Positions 17,836-30,700 of a stretch of 64,000 bases of DNA are shown piece after piece. Positions within the stretch are counted from its first letter, which is position 1; each line of letters opens with the position of its first letter. The stretch is taken from positions 1 through 64,000 of the IMG/VR virus record IMGVR_UViG_3300035670_000150. The stretch is one strand, 5' to 3'. Made by a program: the position numbers and the translations under genes. The notes below the pieces were generated by a model that was not told where the DNA came from, ran no database searches, and was given only the letters and a program-made list of their open reading frames with translations. Source of the stretch: a virus.

Positions 17836-19965
17836 ATGAGTATCTTCAGTCGAACTAAATATTACTTTGGTTCTGCCACTACGTTGATTATGGATGAGAC
17901 TCCAAACCTCGTTGGGGACTCTGTTAAATTATCAGTGGTGAATAACCGTGATATAGCCAATGACCTCATTGCCAATTATATGGATAGCCTCCATATGAAA
18001 GGTAAGCAATTACGCAGATACGCTAAAACGCATTATACGAGGGGTTTACCTGAAGGGGTAACCAACTATCAACAACCTAAGAATGACCTCGTTAGAGTGC
18101 TTCTACGAAGCCTGCTAGGCTTTAACGTGCTCATCTATAAAAACGTTATTGATACTGCTGACCCTCTACGCTTTGCCTTCCCCTTTCTCACTGCTAACCG
18201 TGGCTATGATGTTAGCACTAACATAGTCTCTGCCCCTCCTTATACGGTAGCTGCTGGGGTAACAGTGAAAGTAGCTTGGGCTGACTTCCTTTCCCCTACC
18301 CAGATAGAACTAGCCTACGAGCATCTTAATATGTTTGGGGAATATGTAGAAGGGTTTAAGGAAACCATTACTTTGGCTTCTCCTGTGGTATTGGACAGTC
18401 GTTATTACCATGTCTGCTATTACCCTTTAGATAAGTATGCTGAAATCAGTGGGGGAATGGAATTTTGGTTCTATGATGAACGGTCTAACCAATACCCTGT
18501 ATTAACTCTGCCTGATGTTTTGGTAGAGGAAAGTCAGTATTACCCTGTTGTACCCATTAGGGAAGACAAGGTAAATATGACTGCTGAAAACTTACGGGAT
18601 ACTGAGTTATACCTAACCAGTAAAAGAACACTGAAATTTTTTGGTATTGATATAAATGCCCTATCAGATGCTGTGCATGAGTCACCTGATATTAACGATG
18701 TGCAACATGCTTACGTGACTGTTGGAGTTAATATTAAAGATACCAATGATTATGTTTTAGAGTACTTGTTTAATTACTTCCTCTACCTTTATGACAGGTC
18801 AGAAGTTACTGAACAGGAATTCTATTACTGGCTACATAACTACTCGAATAATTATTATAGTACCGAACTACCACCGACTAACATAGTGAGAATTAAAGAT
18901 AGTCACTATGATGCTTCAGTCTATTATAACTATATCACTACGAGTATTGATGAAGGGGTGGTGGCTGACGGTAAACTTGGTGGATTTGAAAGGGTAGTCT
19001 CTACAGGTTCGAGTATTGCCCTCGATGAGAACACTTACTACGAAATGTCTGAATATACTATCAGGTGCCAAATAACCCCTAGATTTGTGCAGACAGTCAA
19101 AGTATATGGTCTAATTCATGAATCCTTTGTGACTGCCCAAGGCAGGGGTAAGTTCATTAAGACTACGCTTAATGATGCTATTCATGATGATGACGAGGAG
19201 AAAAATAATTTTATCATTCCTCTAAATATTGATGTGTGCGAAGGCATGAGTAATTTAAAGGCAAATGGAGTGCTTTATTACTCTATTCGAATTGTCTTTC
19301 ATAGCATGGTCAAAAAGAAATTGAAGTGGTATCAAACAGGGCTATTCCGAGGAATCATCATGGTGATTTCCTTGGTTCTGACTGCTTATGGTATGGGGCA
19401 ATTTGCTGCTGCTTTGATGTCTACTACTACGGTAGCTCAAGTGGTTATGCTCATTGTGCAAACCATTGCTATTGGTGCTGCTGTGAATATTGCCATGGAC
19501 TTTTTGATTAACGTTATTGGCCTAGAACTGGCTATGGTAGTAGTACTTATTGCCAGTGCTGTAGCCATGACAAATACTAATGTTTCTTTCAAAGATATAG
19601 GGGGATTCAGATTACCTACTGCGGTAGATTTATTGCAGATAACCAACTCTATGCAGAATTCTTTACAGAACTATATCGGAGATGAAATATCAGGGGTTTA
19701 CTCTGATATGGATGAATTTATCGAATATGGTAAGCAGCTCATGGATGAACTTGAGGAGTTGAAAGACAGTGGGGTATTAAATCCCTATACTATGGGTATT
19801 GTGGATACTTCAATGGGTGTTTATGAAACTGCTGAAGAATTTATAAACAGGACTACCTATGATGATAATATAGGGGTGCTTGCTTTGGAAACACCTTCAA
19901 CATTCGTAGAACGTATCCTCACTTTGGATATGCCTTCGAATGAAATCAGAACACAAGTAATGTAA
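17836..19965 (+). CDS. N4 gp53-like structural protein with C-terminal hydrophobic segments
   Basis: YYPVVPIR and KKLKWYQTG.F motifs followed by TM-like helices; position. Confidence 0.75.
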   Translation: MSIFSRTKYYFGSATTLIMDETPNLVGDSVKLSVVNNRDIANDLIANYMDSLHMKGKQLRRYAKTHYTRGLPEGVTNYQQPKNDLVRVLLRSLLGFNVLIYKNVIDTADPLRFAFPFLTANRGYDVSTNIVSAPPYTVAAGVTVKVAWADFLSPTQIELAYEHLNMFGEYVEGFKETITLASPVVLDSRYYHVCYYPLDKYAEISGGMEFWFYDERSNQYPVLTLPDVLVEESQYYPVVPIREDKVNMTAENLRDTELYLTSKRTLKFFGIDINALSDAVHESPDINDVQHAYVTVGVNIKDTNDYVLEYLFNYFLYLYDRSEVTEQEFYYWLHNYSNNYYSTELPPTNIVRIKDSHYDASVYYNYITTSIDEGVVADGKLGGFERVVSTGSSIALDENTYYEMSEYTIRCQITPRFVQTVKVYGLIHESFVTAQGRGKFIKTTLNDAIHDDDEEKNNFIIPLNIDVCEGMSNLKANGVLYYSIRIVFHSMVKKKLKWYQTGLFRGIIMVISLVLTAYGMGQFAAALMSTTTVAQVVMLIVQTIAIGAAVNIAMDFLINVIGLELAMVVVLIASAVAMTNTNVSFKDIGGFRLPTAVDLLQITNSMQNSLQNYIGDEISGVYSDMDEFIEYGKQLMDELEELKDSGVLNPYTMGIVDTSMGVYETAEEFINRTTYDDNIGVLALETPSTFVERILTLDMPSNEIRTQVM

Positions 19966-19974
19966 GGAGTCGAT

Positions 19975-20478
19975 ATGACAGTTAACAACTCTCTTTGGAG
20001 TATGCCTTCTATGATGCCTAATACCAATGCGGCAGTGGGCAATAGTTCCAATAACAGCCTATGGGGCAATACCTCATACACCATGCCTACAGCCCCTGTA
20101 GCGCCTACAGCAGACTTTTGGGGTGCAGCTAATATGCTGACACCTGAAGCTTTGATGATGGCCTTTAATCAGCAAAATGGTGGGGGTATGGGCAATTTCA
20201 GTAATGTGCCTGCTGTTCAAGGTATGTCGATGTTTAATACACAACAACAGCAACCCTCTTTCTGGAAGAATGCTGAGATGTTTGGCACCATTGGTAAAGG
20301 CTTACAAGGTCTTTCAGCTATTGGCGGTACTGTCCTTGGTTTCCAGCAATTGAATGAAGCCAAAGACCAAGCAGCATTTCAGAAAGAAGCATTCTGGATG
20401 AACTACAACCAACAACTAGAAGATAGGAAAGAAGCAGCCAGACGCAGGGAAAGTGCTGCTGCGGTATCTAAAGGTTAA
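19975..20478 (+). CDS. N4 gp52-like virion (ejection) protein
   Basis: Gly/Asn/Met-rich, no Cys; position upstream of gp51-like gene and vRNAP. Confidence 0.65.
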   Translation: MTVNNSLWSMPSMMPNTNAAVGNSSNNSLWGNTSYTMPTAPVAPTADFWGAANMLTPEALMMAFNQQNGGGMGNFSNVPAVQGMSMFNTQQQQPSFWKNAEMFGTIGKGLQGLSAIGGTVLGFQQLNEAKDQAAFQKEAFWMNYNQQLEDRKEAARRRESAAAVSKG

Positions 20479-20495
20479 TAGATAGGGGATTAAGC

Positions 20496-21773
20496 ATGGC
20501 TATTACATGGCGTAACGTAGATGCTCCTAACATGGCTAGTGCCAATGCTTTGGGAGTTACCGCAGGTAGGCAAATAACTCAAGGGTTAGATGCCCTCTCT
20601 TCTTTGGCTTTGGACAGGGAAGACGAAATTCAAAAAGAGAATACTCAAACGGTACTAGACCGCATCTACGCTATGAACTCCGTGGCTGATGTGGAAAGTG
20701 CATTGAGTAGTAATGCTTATGGATTAGATGCCCTTAACCAAGAATTTGGTAATAAGGGTGTGGATGTAACCAAAGTAAGAAATGCCCTTATGGAAAGGGA
20801 TAACCAAATCATGACGGATGAAAACACCCGTTATGAATATGACACTAACTTAACCAAACGTAAGGATACTCCTTTGTTGGATAAGAAATTTAGTGAATTA
20901 ATTGATGCTGGTTCTTTGGATGAGATTAATAGCATTACTGCTGATTTAGATAACAGCGGTTTATCAGAGGCGGGTATTCTTGCAGTACGCCAAGCTGAAG
21001 CCAAGGCTAAGCAAAATTTACTTGATTTGAAAGATGCTGAGGTTAACCGTACTCGGTCTGCTATTAATTTCCAAAATAGCCAGCAAAAACACCAATGGGA
21101 TGCATCTAATCAAGCCTTCACTCAATACAACCAAGAACAGCAAAAAATGGCTGATTTTGTTAATAAGTATGAGCCTGAAAAGGTACTCGAAATTCAGAGT
21201 ACTTTGGCTACTGCACAAAGTGAAATGGAAAAGATAGCTAAAAAGTATCCTACCAATGTTGACTTGGATGCTGTAGTAGAAAAAGGTACTGCGGTAGATG
21301 CTATTTCTGATTACGTGAAAACTCTTGATTCCTCTAAAGTTGACGTAGCTGAAGTCCAAAGACGCTTAGAAGATAAGATTATTCATAATGGGGATAAAAA
21401 TGTTTTCACTGTTGATGTAGGTGAAATGGTTAATGGTGAACTGGTTAAAAAGCAAAAAAGTTACACTATGAGCAATATGCCTAAATGGGTAGTTGACCAG
21501 AGTTTGAAATCCATCGGTGAAATTAGTGATGATTGGTATTTCTCTGATTGGGGTAAAGGGGATTTAAAAAGCAAACAACGGGAAAAGTTTGTTAAGGATA
21601 TTAAGACTAACCTTGAAATCTATAGTGATTACAGGCTTAATGTGTTGCAGAAAGAGAGAGAGGAAAATAAGGTAAAAGCAGTTATTGCTAATGCTCATTC
21701 ACAGGAACTCGCTAGGGTACTTAGAGCAGAGCAGGCTTATAAAGAATCTCTTAAACCTAAGAAATCCCTTTAA
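20496..21773 (+). CDS. N4 gp51-like virion (ejection) protein
   Basis: MAITWRNV N-terminus, helical, no Cys; immediately upstream of vRNAP. Confidence 0.7.
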   Translation: MAITWRNVDAPNMASANALGVTAGRQITQGLDALSSLALDREDEIQKENTQTVLDRIYAMNSVADVESALSSNAYGLDALNQEFGNKGVDVTKVRNALMERDNQIMTDENTRYEYDTNLTKRKDTPLLDKKFSELIDAGSLDEINSITADLDNSGLSEAGILAVRQAEAKAKQNLLDLKDAEVNRTRSAINFQNSQQKHQWDASNQAFTQYNQEQQKMADFVNKYEPEKVLEIQSTLATAQSEMEKIAKKYPTNVDLDAVVEKGTAVDAISDYVKTLDSSKVDVAEVQRRLEDKIIHNGDKNVFTVDVGEMVNGELVKKQKSYTMSNMPKWVVDQSLKSIGEISDDWYFSDWGKGDLKSKQREKFVKDIKTNLEIYSDYRLNVLQKEREENKVKAVIANAHSQELARVLRAEQAYKESLKPKKSL

Positions 21774-21785
21774 GGTAATCAGATA

Positions 21786-24700
21786 ATGGCTAAAACCCCT
21801 TTAGATACAGCTTATGATGAAATTCTAAGTCCCGCTGAACAAAAGTTAGCTGCGGCAGTAGAGGCCAGTAATAAAGACCTTGCGGTTATTGCAGATATTC
21901 GCAAGTCTTATTTAGACGCACAAACTGCCCGTGTTAGGGATAGGGCAGAGTCTCCCAATGCGGTTGTATCTGATACGGATTTAAGCACTTTCACAGGCCA
22001 ACTCACTAACTTAGCTATCAGTGCAGGAGCTAAAACCGTTTCCGTTTTAGGAGATGTGATTCAAGCTCCTGCTAAGCTATGGCGTGAAAACGAATTAGCC
22101 AGTGCCAATATTACCCAAGAGGATATTGATAATTATTGGTCACTGAAAAATAAGCAAGTGCAAGAAGCTGCTGGTATGAATCTGCTTGAAGATTATACCG
22201 AAGCAGAGAAAGCCTTGACTAAACCCAACATTGGTAAGACCCGTGGTGTGGGTACTTACATGACTACCCATGATGCCCCTTCTAAAGCTCAGACATTAGA
22301 TGCTTTCTTTGAAGGTGAGAAGAATGCTCAAGTATCACGTACTTACGTATACGATGCTTTTTCAAGATATGCCAATGACCTCAAGAAAAATGAGGTTATG
22401 GCTGATGCTAAGAAGACCTACGAAGAAAATAAAAAAGATGTTGTTCAGGGATTTGAAGAACTCAGAAAAGGTGATTTAGCGGGTATTGGTAAAATGGTAT
22501 CTGCTGCTGATAAGATGGGCGCAGATGCTTTGGTTACCTTATTCACTAATCCTTCAGGCACTGCCCAATTAGCTGCTGAAGCTATTCCAACTGCTGTTAT
22601 GGCTGCTATTAGTGCTCCGTTAAGTGCTGCTGCTTATGGAACTTCGTATATCCGTGATGCAGAAGACATGTACAGACGGGAGTACAAAAAGATGCCTTTG
22701 GGTACTGACCGTGCAATCATGGTTAGTGGTTCTATGCTGGCTGGTGCAGTGGGTACTTATGCTGACCGTTTACTGGGTAGGGCAGTAGTCAACTCCATCG
22801 GTGGCAATGCAACTAAAGTTGCTGGTGAAGTGGCCGAAGACGTTGCTCAAGGTAGCCTCAAGGAAGGGGCTAAAAAGGTCACTCAGGAGCTGGTAGACAC
22901 TGCCTTGGGGATTGCTGCTACTGCAACGAAAGAAGGAATTACAGAAGCTACTGAGCAGGCTATTAACGAATACTCAGGTAAGCAAGACATCGACAAAATG
23001 GATGGTGCTGAAATCTTCGCTAATGGTGTAGCAGGTTTTGGTGCTGGTGGTATGTTAGCTGGTGGTGCTACCGCTGTAGGTAAAGTGAATGACTTTGCCA
23101 AATCAGCTAAGGCTTCCATCGTAGCCAAAGAGGCAACTAAAACTGTATTGGCCGCTGATGCCAAAGCTGATGAAGCTACTTCTGAGCAAGGCGTGGTTAA
23201 TCCTGAAGTCAGAAAAGGTGCTGACTTATCTTCCTCTTTGGGTATTGCCAAAGTTATTCGTAATGCCCGTACAGTGCTAGAGAAGGATGAAACTGACCAA
23301 GGTACTCGGGAAGATACCATTCTTTTTGCTAAACATGCTCTGTCCTCTATCGACAACCGTTTAGATGCTACTGCTGAAAAACTGTTGGATGTAGAAGACA
23401 TGAGCAAGGTTGAAGGCATTAGTGAAGATGCTAAAGAGCTGCTGAATTCTACTAAGAATGAATTACTCAAAGAGCAGAAGCGTTTACAAAAAATTAAAGA
23501 TGAAAACGCTGAAAAGATTACTGCTGAATATGATGCTTTAGTTTCTAATCCTGAAGTGTATGAAGCTGCTAAGTCTCGTCTGACTGCTGAAAAGTTAGAT
23601 GAGCTTGCAGACATGGATACTCAAGCAGTCCCTCTCGATGAAGAGTCAGACACTACTGAGACTGATACCACTCCTACAGTAGATAACACACTGGATAAAG
23701 ATGCAGCCTTGCTTGCTGCTTCCTCTTTGGTTACCGATAAGGTAACCCCTGAAGATTTAGAAGCTGCTGCTAACTCCTCTAAAATCTCTCCTCAACGTGC
23801 TACACAGTTGAAAGAGACTGCAATTCTCAATCGACTAATTGATGTTGCTAAGTCTTCTGCCATGGTAGCAAAAGACATTATTGAAGGTGGTGAAGGTTTC
23901 GTAGGTATCAAGCAATATCAACAACGTATTACTGAGCATTTAAACTCAGGCAGTCTACGTACTGCTGCAAGAGACTTAACTAGCTTAGGTAAATTTGCTG
24001 CTCACCATGAAGCCAAGGCCAAGGCGTATGAAGCTGCTTTAGTGCAAGCACAGAATGCTCCTAAAGGTACTCGTATCGAGGTAGCAGGATTCCGTACTCT
24101 ACCAACTAAAGCCAATCCTAAAGGTAACCCTGTTACCTTGGATGCCAATGCTGGCAAGTTGGTTAACAGTGTTCGTCAAGAAGCTGATTTAGTGAAGAGT
24201 GCCTTTACCTCTTTGGCTAACCAAGTGACTGCTTTCATGCCTAAGCAGAATACAGCTAAGCCTGAGACTGCTCCTACTGAGACTGCTCCTAAAGCTGAAG
24301 CCCCTAAAACTGAGGCACCTAAAGCTGAACCCGTGGTTCAAGAGACAGTCAATAAAACTGAACCTGAAGCCAAGCCCGAAGAAAAAACTTCTGAGCCTGA
24401 AACAGTAAGTGAACCTACTGCCAGTGTTCAAGAGCAGACTGTTCAAGAGCAAGTTGCTGAGGAGCAAGCTGTTGAAGAACAGGTTACTGAGGAGCAAGAA
24501 GATACTTCTCCTAACCCTATTACCAAGTCAGTGAACCAAGGTAGTAGAGCTGGACTGAAGCCTAAGCACCTTGTTAATGAAGCAGATGCTCAACACTTAA
24601 TGACAAATCCTGTAACCCTGTTTAAACGCATCAAACGGGGCGTATTATGGGCGATTAATTACAGAGATACCAATGCAGTAATGGAAGCGTTAAATCGCGA

Positions 24701-27700
24701 ATTGACTCCATCTGAGAGCTTATTACTGGATAAGCTGCCAGTCTTCATGGGAGGATTCGAAGCCCGCTTAAGAAGCTTGCTGCCATCTCCTGAAACTGTG
24801 TTGAGTAAACGTGGTTGGCAAAGTGTCTCTGCCCCACTTCACGCCTTCACACTGGAAGATGGTACTTTCAGCAAAGAGTTCACCGAAGCTATGGCTATCT
24901 CTGCGTTGGAATACTTGGAGAGCAATAGCTTATCTCTGATGGGAGATAACACCACAAGCATTGCTACCCTACTTGGTTTGGATACCAAGGACTTTGTACC
25001 TACTCGGGAACAATACGAAGCCTTGGGTAATGCAGGAAGCCCTTACGCTGACGTAGCACAAAAGCTTGGTGCCATTGCCCTTAAGAACATGGGAATGAAG
25101 AAGGATTCTTCTAAGCCTCAAAATATCATGAATAACATGGAGTATGACTTAGGTCGGGCAATCATTGGGGCATTGAATGGAACTACCCGTGAGAATGGTA
25201 TTCTGACAGTAACCAGCTATAAGATTAGTGATTTAGTGGCTCTTGGTGGTGATTACACTATCGACCCTAAAAACCCGCACGCCACTATTGAATCCATTGC
25301 ATTCAACCCTAAAGTGGTTGCTAGCTTCCTTGGGGTTAAAGATGTGTCCTCTATCTTTGGGGGCACTAATGGCTTATTAACTACCCTAACCAGTAATAAA
25401 GCTGAGTTACCTAAAGCAGAGATTGGTACTAAAACCCAAAAAGTGAGCAATTTTATTAGGCGCTCTAAAGGCCAAAAAGCGCCAAAAGAATTTGTAGAAG
25501 GTTTACAAAAAGATGCCAATGTACCTAATTACTTAGACTTGAATATGCATACGCTATTCAATGAATTAGGTAAAAATTGGTTTGCTTATATGTTAGGCAC
25601 ACGGGATGCAAGCAAGGCTATTCTAGGTAAACGCCCTTCTATCGAAGGTAAGAATAAAACTGCTGAAGTGGACATTACTCGTTATGAAATGTTCCTAGCT
25701 CGTATGCAAGAGACAGCGGGCAATCTTACTGCTCCATTCTTCTATAACTACCGTATTGGTAAACAGCTACGGGCAAGTGCTATTGGTTCAGATATTAATT
25801 TCCAGACCTCTAAATTCCATCGGTATATGACTGCCATGGAACCAAGTGAAATTGATATGGTTAATGATACAAACCAATCATTCACTCTGTTCAAGTTGGG
25901 CGTAGCTCAAGGTTTAGGTTTCGGTGTAGACAAGAAGACAATTCAAGCCAGTTTAGCATTTTATGATAGCGTGTTAGCTGACCCTGTGTTCATGAATGGT
26001 GTCTATGCCATTAAGGAAATCTTAAGTGGTACACCTGCTACTGACGGCCATAGACAAGCCATTCTTGATGCAGTAGAGAAAGGCGAAGAAGCTACCCATT
26101 CCCTGAAATCGTTAACAGGTCTGGCCGAAATGCTTATGGCTACTGAGGGTAAATTCAATACCACAGTAACTCTTGAGCTTGATGGTGTGACTAACGGTGT
26201 AGCTAACGCCCATATCCAAATGGGATTGGCTATGCAGAATGGTAAGTTAACTGAAACTTCTCGTATTCGTTTAGCTCAGAGTGGGTTCTTCTTAGATGGT
26301 ACTGAGACATACAACGAATGGATTAACCGTGCTGGTAATATGGATATGTACCAGTCAACGGCTGTTGCAGCTAACGTAGCTGAACAAGTATGGATTGAGG
26401 ATTCAGCTAACCAAGATATGCTTGGTACTTTGGCTACTTTCAAGAAATACACAGGGGAATTAGTTAAGGAAACTATCGAAGGGGATTTGGCTGCTACGTC
26501 TGAAGGACGTAACTTTGTCAAGAACCCTATTACTACTACTGTGTATGCATCGGGTGCTAAAAGCCGTAGTGATAAGATGGCAGATAAGGTCATGGACAAC
26601 CTATTAGATGCCGTTGAGAAAGCTGTTTTAGCTAATGATGTTCAAGCATTGAATGAGTTGAAACAGGACATCAGTACTCTTGCGGGTATGAGAATCATCT
26701 TCCCTCGTAACATGATGGAATTTGAATTTAACTCTTTCATTGCTAAGGGTATTAAGTACTCATTCAGTAAATCGCTGGGTGCCATTGTCAACGAAGCAAT
26801 TTCTAATGAGTATGCTAAACAATTAGATAACACTGCATTGGTCACTGAAACCAGTAACGTTATCTTTGATATGTTCAATGCTTTGTATCAAACCAAGATT
26901 AAAGAAAAGTTAGCTGAATTGAGAAGTGCAGGTAAGTTAAGCACTTACGCTTACTTGTCTGAAGACCAATTGGATGAGATTAAAAATTCCTTACTCCATA
27001 CTATGCCCGTATTCAATTCTTTTTACGGTAACATCAGTAACGGGGTAATGACTGCCAAATACTCGGGCACTAGCAATGTAAGTAATGCGGATAAAGATGT
27101 GAAAGCTGCATTCCATCTTGGTTCTGCGTTAGGCCACAGAGGAAGCAACTACTCCTATACCGATGGTTACGAAGCTCCTGCTGCTGGTACTATGGCTATT
27201 CTAAACATCGCCTTCGGTGATGCTACAACCATGGCTAGAGCAGCATATAAGTCAGATGAGCCACTAGGATTAAACGTATTCGATGCTCGGTTAACCCGTA
27301 TTGCTAACGTAGCCAATACTGCTACAGCATTAAACGAATCCGCTTATGAAGCAGTGACTTACCATAATCTGTTGGGCACAGTGAGTAAGCGTTTACAGGA
27401 AGCCACTAAAGAGTTTATGCAAAGTGGAGTAAGTAAAACTTACTCTCCTGAAATTAATGCTCTAGCCCATAAGGTGCTTGTGGCTCATTACTCTGATGGG
27501 TTAAGCCTTATCAATGGTAAAGCCCATTACAAAAATAGCGATGGCAAACCAATTGCACTTGAAGATGCTGAAGTGGCTCAGTCATTTACTCCTGATATGC
27601 TTGTGCGTTACATAGACAACTTGAATGCTCGTATGACTGCTGCCCATAAGCAAAGTCAAGAAGCTAAGCAAGTGCTGTACAAGTCACTTAGCGTAAACCA

Positions 27701-30700
27701 ATTCAGTTCCGTTACTGGTGGGGCTAAGTTTGCTAATGGTAAGAAGCAGGATGTACGTGACTTCACTATGGAAGAAGCGGCTAATGCCCAAGCCTCTTTA
27801 GAGACCCGTATCATTGAAACAGTGATGGACTCTACGGAACCTTTAACAGGAGATATTGACCAGACTTTAGCTAACTTAGAAGCTGTATTACCTCCTGTTC
27901 AAGCAGAGACACCAAGTGTTGCCACGGTAGAGCCTAAGCTAGAAGCTATCATTGCAGGCCGTACTGAGTTCCCTCTTGCCGATATTCTGAATAATTTGAA
28001 AGACCTCACAGATATTCGTACTGCTAAAGCAATGCGGGAATTACTGAGTAATCTTCGTGGTTCGAATATTCAGGTAAGAATCTTAGGTGCCAATGAACAG
28101 AAAGTGATTGCTACTTCACTAGGCGAGATGAGCACAGAGTCCCTATACGGTTATTGGGAACCCAATGAAAAGGTCATCTACTTGCAAGGTACTCACTCCC
28201 CTAATTCAGGCGTGGCTATTGAAACACTTTTGCATGAGGCAATTCATGCGGCTTTGGATAGCAGACTAACCAGTATCGAAAAACAACTCACTCAAGGTGT
28301 GAATGGAGGCCATACAGTTAAAGAGCTTAGTGCCTATAAGCACATTGAACAGATGCGAGCTAAGGCTAAAGAATTCTTAGATGCTGACTCTACAGCCAAC
28401 ATTAAAGAGTTTATTGCATGGGGCTTATCCAATGCTAAAAACAGGGGTTTGTTAAGTAAACAACCAACCCGTATTAGGGCATTTGTTAAGGCTATCGTTA
28501 CCCAATTGAAATTGATGCTCGGGCTGAAAACTCAAGATTCAAACATGCTTCTTGATTTACTTGCTGATGCCATGGTTATTGGTAAAGCAGGCACTGAGGT
28601 ACGGAGTTCACTAGATAACACTATAGCAAGTTCTCCTCAAGTGGCTCATGATGCTACACGTTATATGGACTTAAACCAAATCTATGACCATATTGCCAAA
28701 AGCAACACTAATACCATTACTGCAAGCCATGATGCCCATCTACGTGAGGTATTAAATAAGGCTGTTATCAAGGCCATTAACCCTACTCTGTTGGTTATCC
28801 CTGATAATGCTAAAACTTTATCTTCTCAGGATGCTGCTTTACTTCATGCATTAGACCCTGAAATTCGTAAAGACTTTGGTTTGTTGACTGCTCTCAACTT
28901 CCGTGTAAGTGACCAAGAACTCATGGTCTATGCAACCTATAGCACTATCATTGGTTCAGCCTTAAATGACTTTGGTTGGAATACCCGTGAAATCCGTAGG
29001 ATGTACGCCCATGCTAAGAAGAATCTAAGCTGGCGTGACTTTATTGGACAGGACAGTGTACTTGATACTGAGGCAGATAGAGCACGTTCTGAAAGTGAAG
29101 CTAGGGCAAGATACAATGCAGTATTTGCCAATACTCAGACTAATGATTATCTGCGTAACTTCATGGCCTTGGCTGCTACTAACGAAGCGTTCAGGGAAAG
29201 ATTGGCTACTCTAACCACTCCACCAGCGGTAAGCAAAGCTATCAGAGGGGAAACTGTTAGAGACACTCTTAAAAATATTATTGAAGCTATCTTAAACTTT
29301 TTGAATGACTTAGCTATCACTCGTTCACATGAACCTACTGTGTTGGCTAAGTTAGACAAATTGGCTAAGAACATTCGTCACAGAGAAATTAAAGAGAAGA
29401 ATAAACTACAAAGTAAGATTATTAAATCTGCTAAGTTTGCTTCTAAAGTACTGAATACTGTGAATGAATTCAGTCGTATTAAGATTGATAAAGCATTCGA
29501 TAAAATGAAAAAGAAAGTGAGTAAACGCAGAATACTAAATGCTGCTGTAACTCTTTCTAGTGTGGTACTCAGTGAACGTAGAGCAAGTGAATTCGCTTTC
29601 GGTTTGGATACCATTCAGAACTTTATGACTACGGGTCGTGAGGGATTTGTATCTGCCTTATGGACAGACCTAAAAGGGACTGATGATAGCAATATCCGTA
29701 TTCATAGTTTGCTGGCAACGAAGAACAAGCTAATCGACCAAGAGACAGTGAACGTTAAAACCAATACTTCTGAATTGGTAAAATCCTTGTTTGGTAAAGA
29801 GCTTACTGATAAAGAAAGTGTAGCTGCTACTAAAGTACTGATAGCTCCTGACTTATCCAGCTTATTAACTAATGGCTATAGCTTTGCTCAAATTGCTAAC
29901 TTCTTGAATAACCCTCTAGCTGTTAAAAATGAGGCGACTAGGCTGCAAGTGGCTATACGCCAACAGGCACCAAAAGGCACAGATGAGTATTTCATTAACC
30001 AAGCCAAGAACACTGCTCACATGATGATTAGAGGCTATCAGAAGTACCGAGGCCACGTTATGAGTAACGCTGCAACTATCGTTACTCTGTTCGGTACTGG
30101 TGAACCTAATCCCAATGCGAGTATGCAAGTTAGGACTATGGTAGATTCCTTGATTACTCTGGAAGCCTTGCAACTGGTTGACCCTGTGCAACTACAGATG
30201 ATGAGCAATCTGTATAAGAGAGAGGCTGCTCGTAAAGGGGAAAACGGTGTTGAGTCCCTTTTGGCTATGCACAACGTAGTGAAAGACAAAGTGCTTAAGA
30301 ACACCTTCTTAGGTAATGAGTTCAACTATGTCAAAGGCCATACCACAGACATTACTGACCCTTACATGTCAATCCAGATTGCACCTAAGAGTATGGAAAA
30401 TGAGCTGCTGATGCAGAACTATGAAAGGGTTGGGGAACCTCTCGTTAAGGATAAGCATGACCCAGTGGCAGAGCCAATGTATATGTATGTGTCCAACTAC
30501 GGGGGCGAAGCTACTTACCTGCAAGGAGCAATGTCTCTTGCAAGTAAAGGTGCTCGGGGTATGAGTGTGCTTGATGCTAATAACCAAGCAGGCAATGCCC
30601 TACCTATCTACAAACAGAAGGATTTGATTAACAAGATTCGTAGAGGCAAGGCCATTGATAACCAGAAGTTGTTCATGCCTAACCCTCCTTTGGCTGATAA

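Noticed and set aside
22883-23614. 243-aa antisense ORF and other antisense ORFs within vRNAP, portal and fibre genes
   Set aside because: Ser/Leu/Ala-rich shadows of codon-biased genes, with no motifs or RBS
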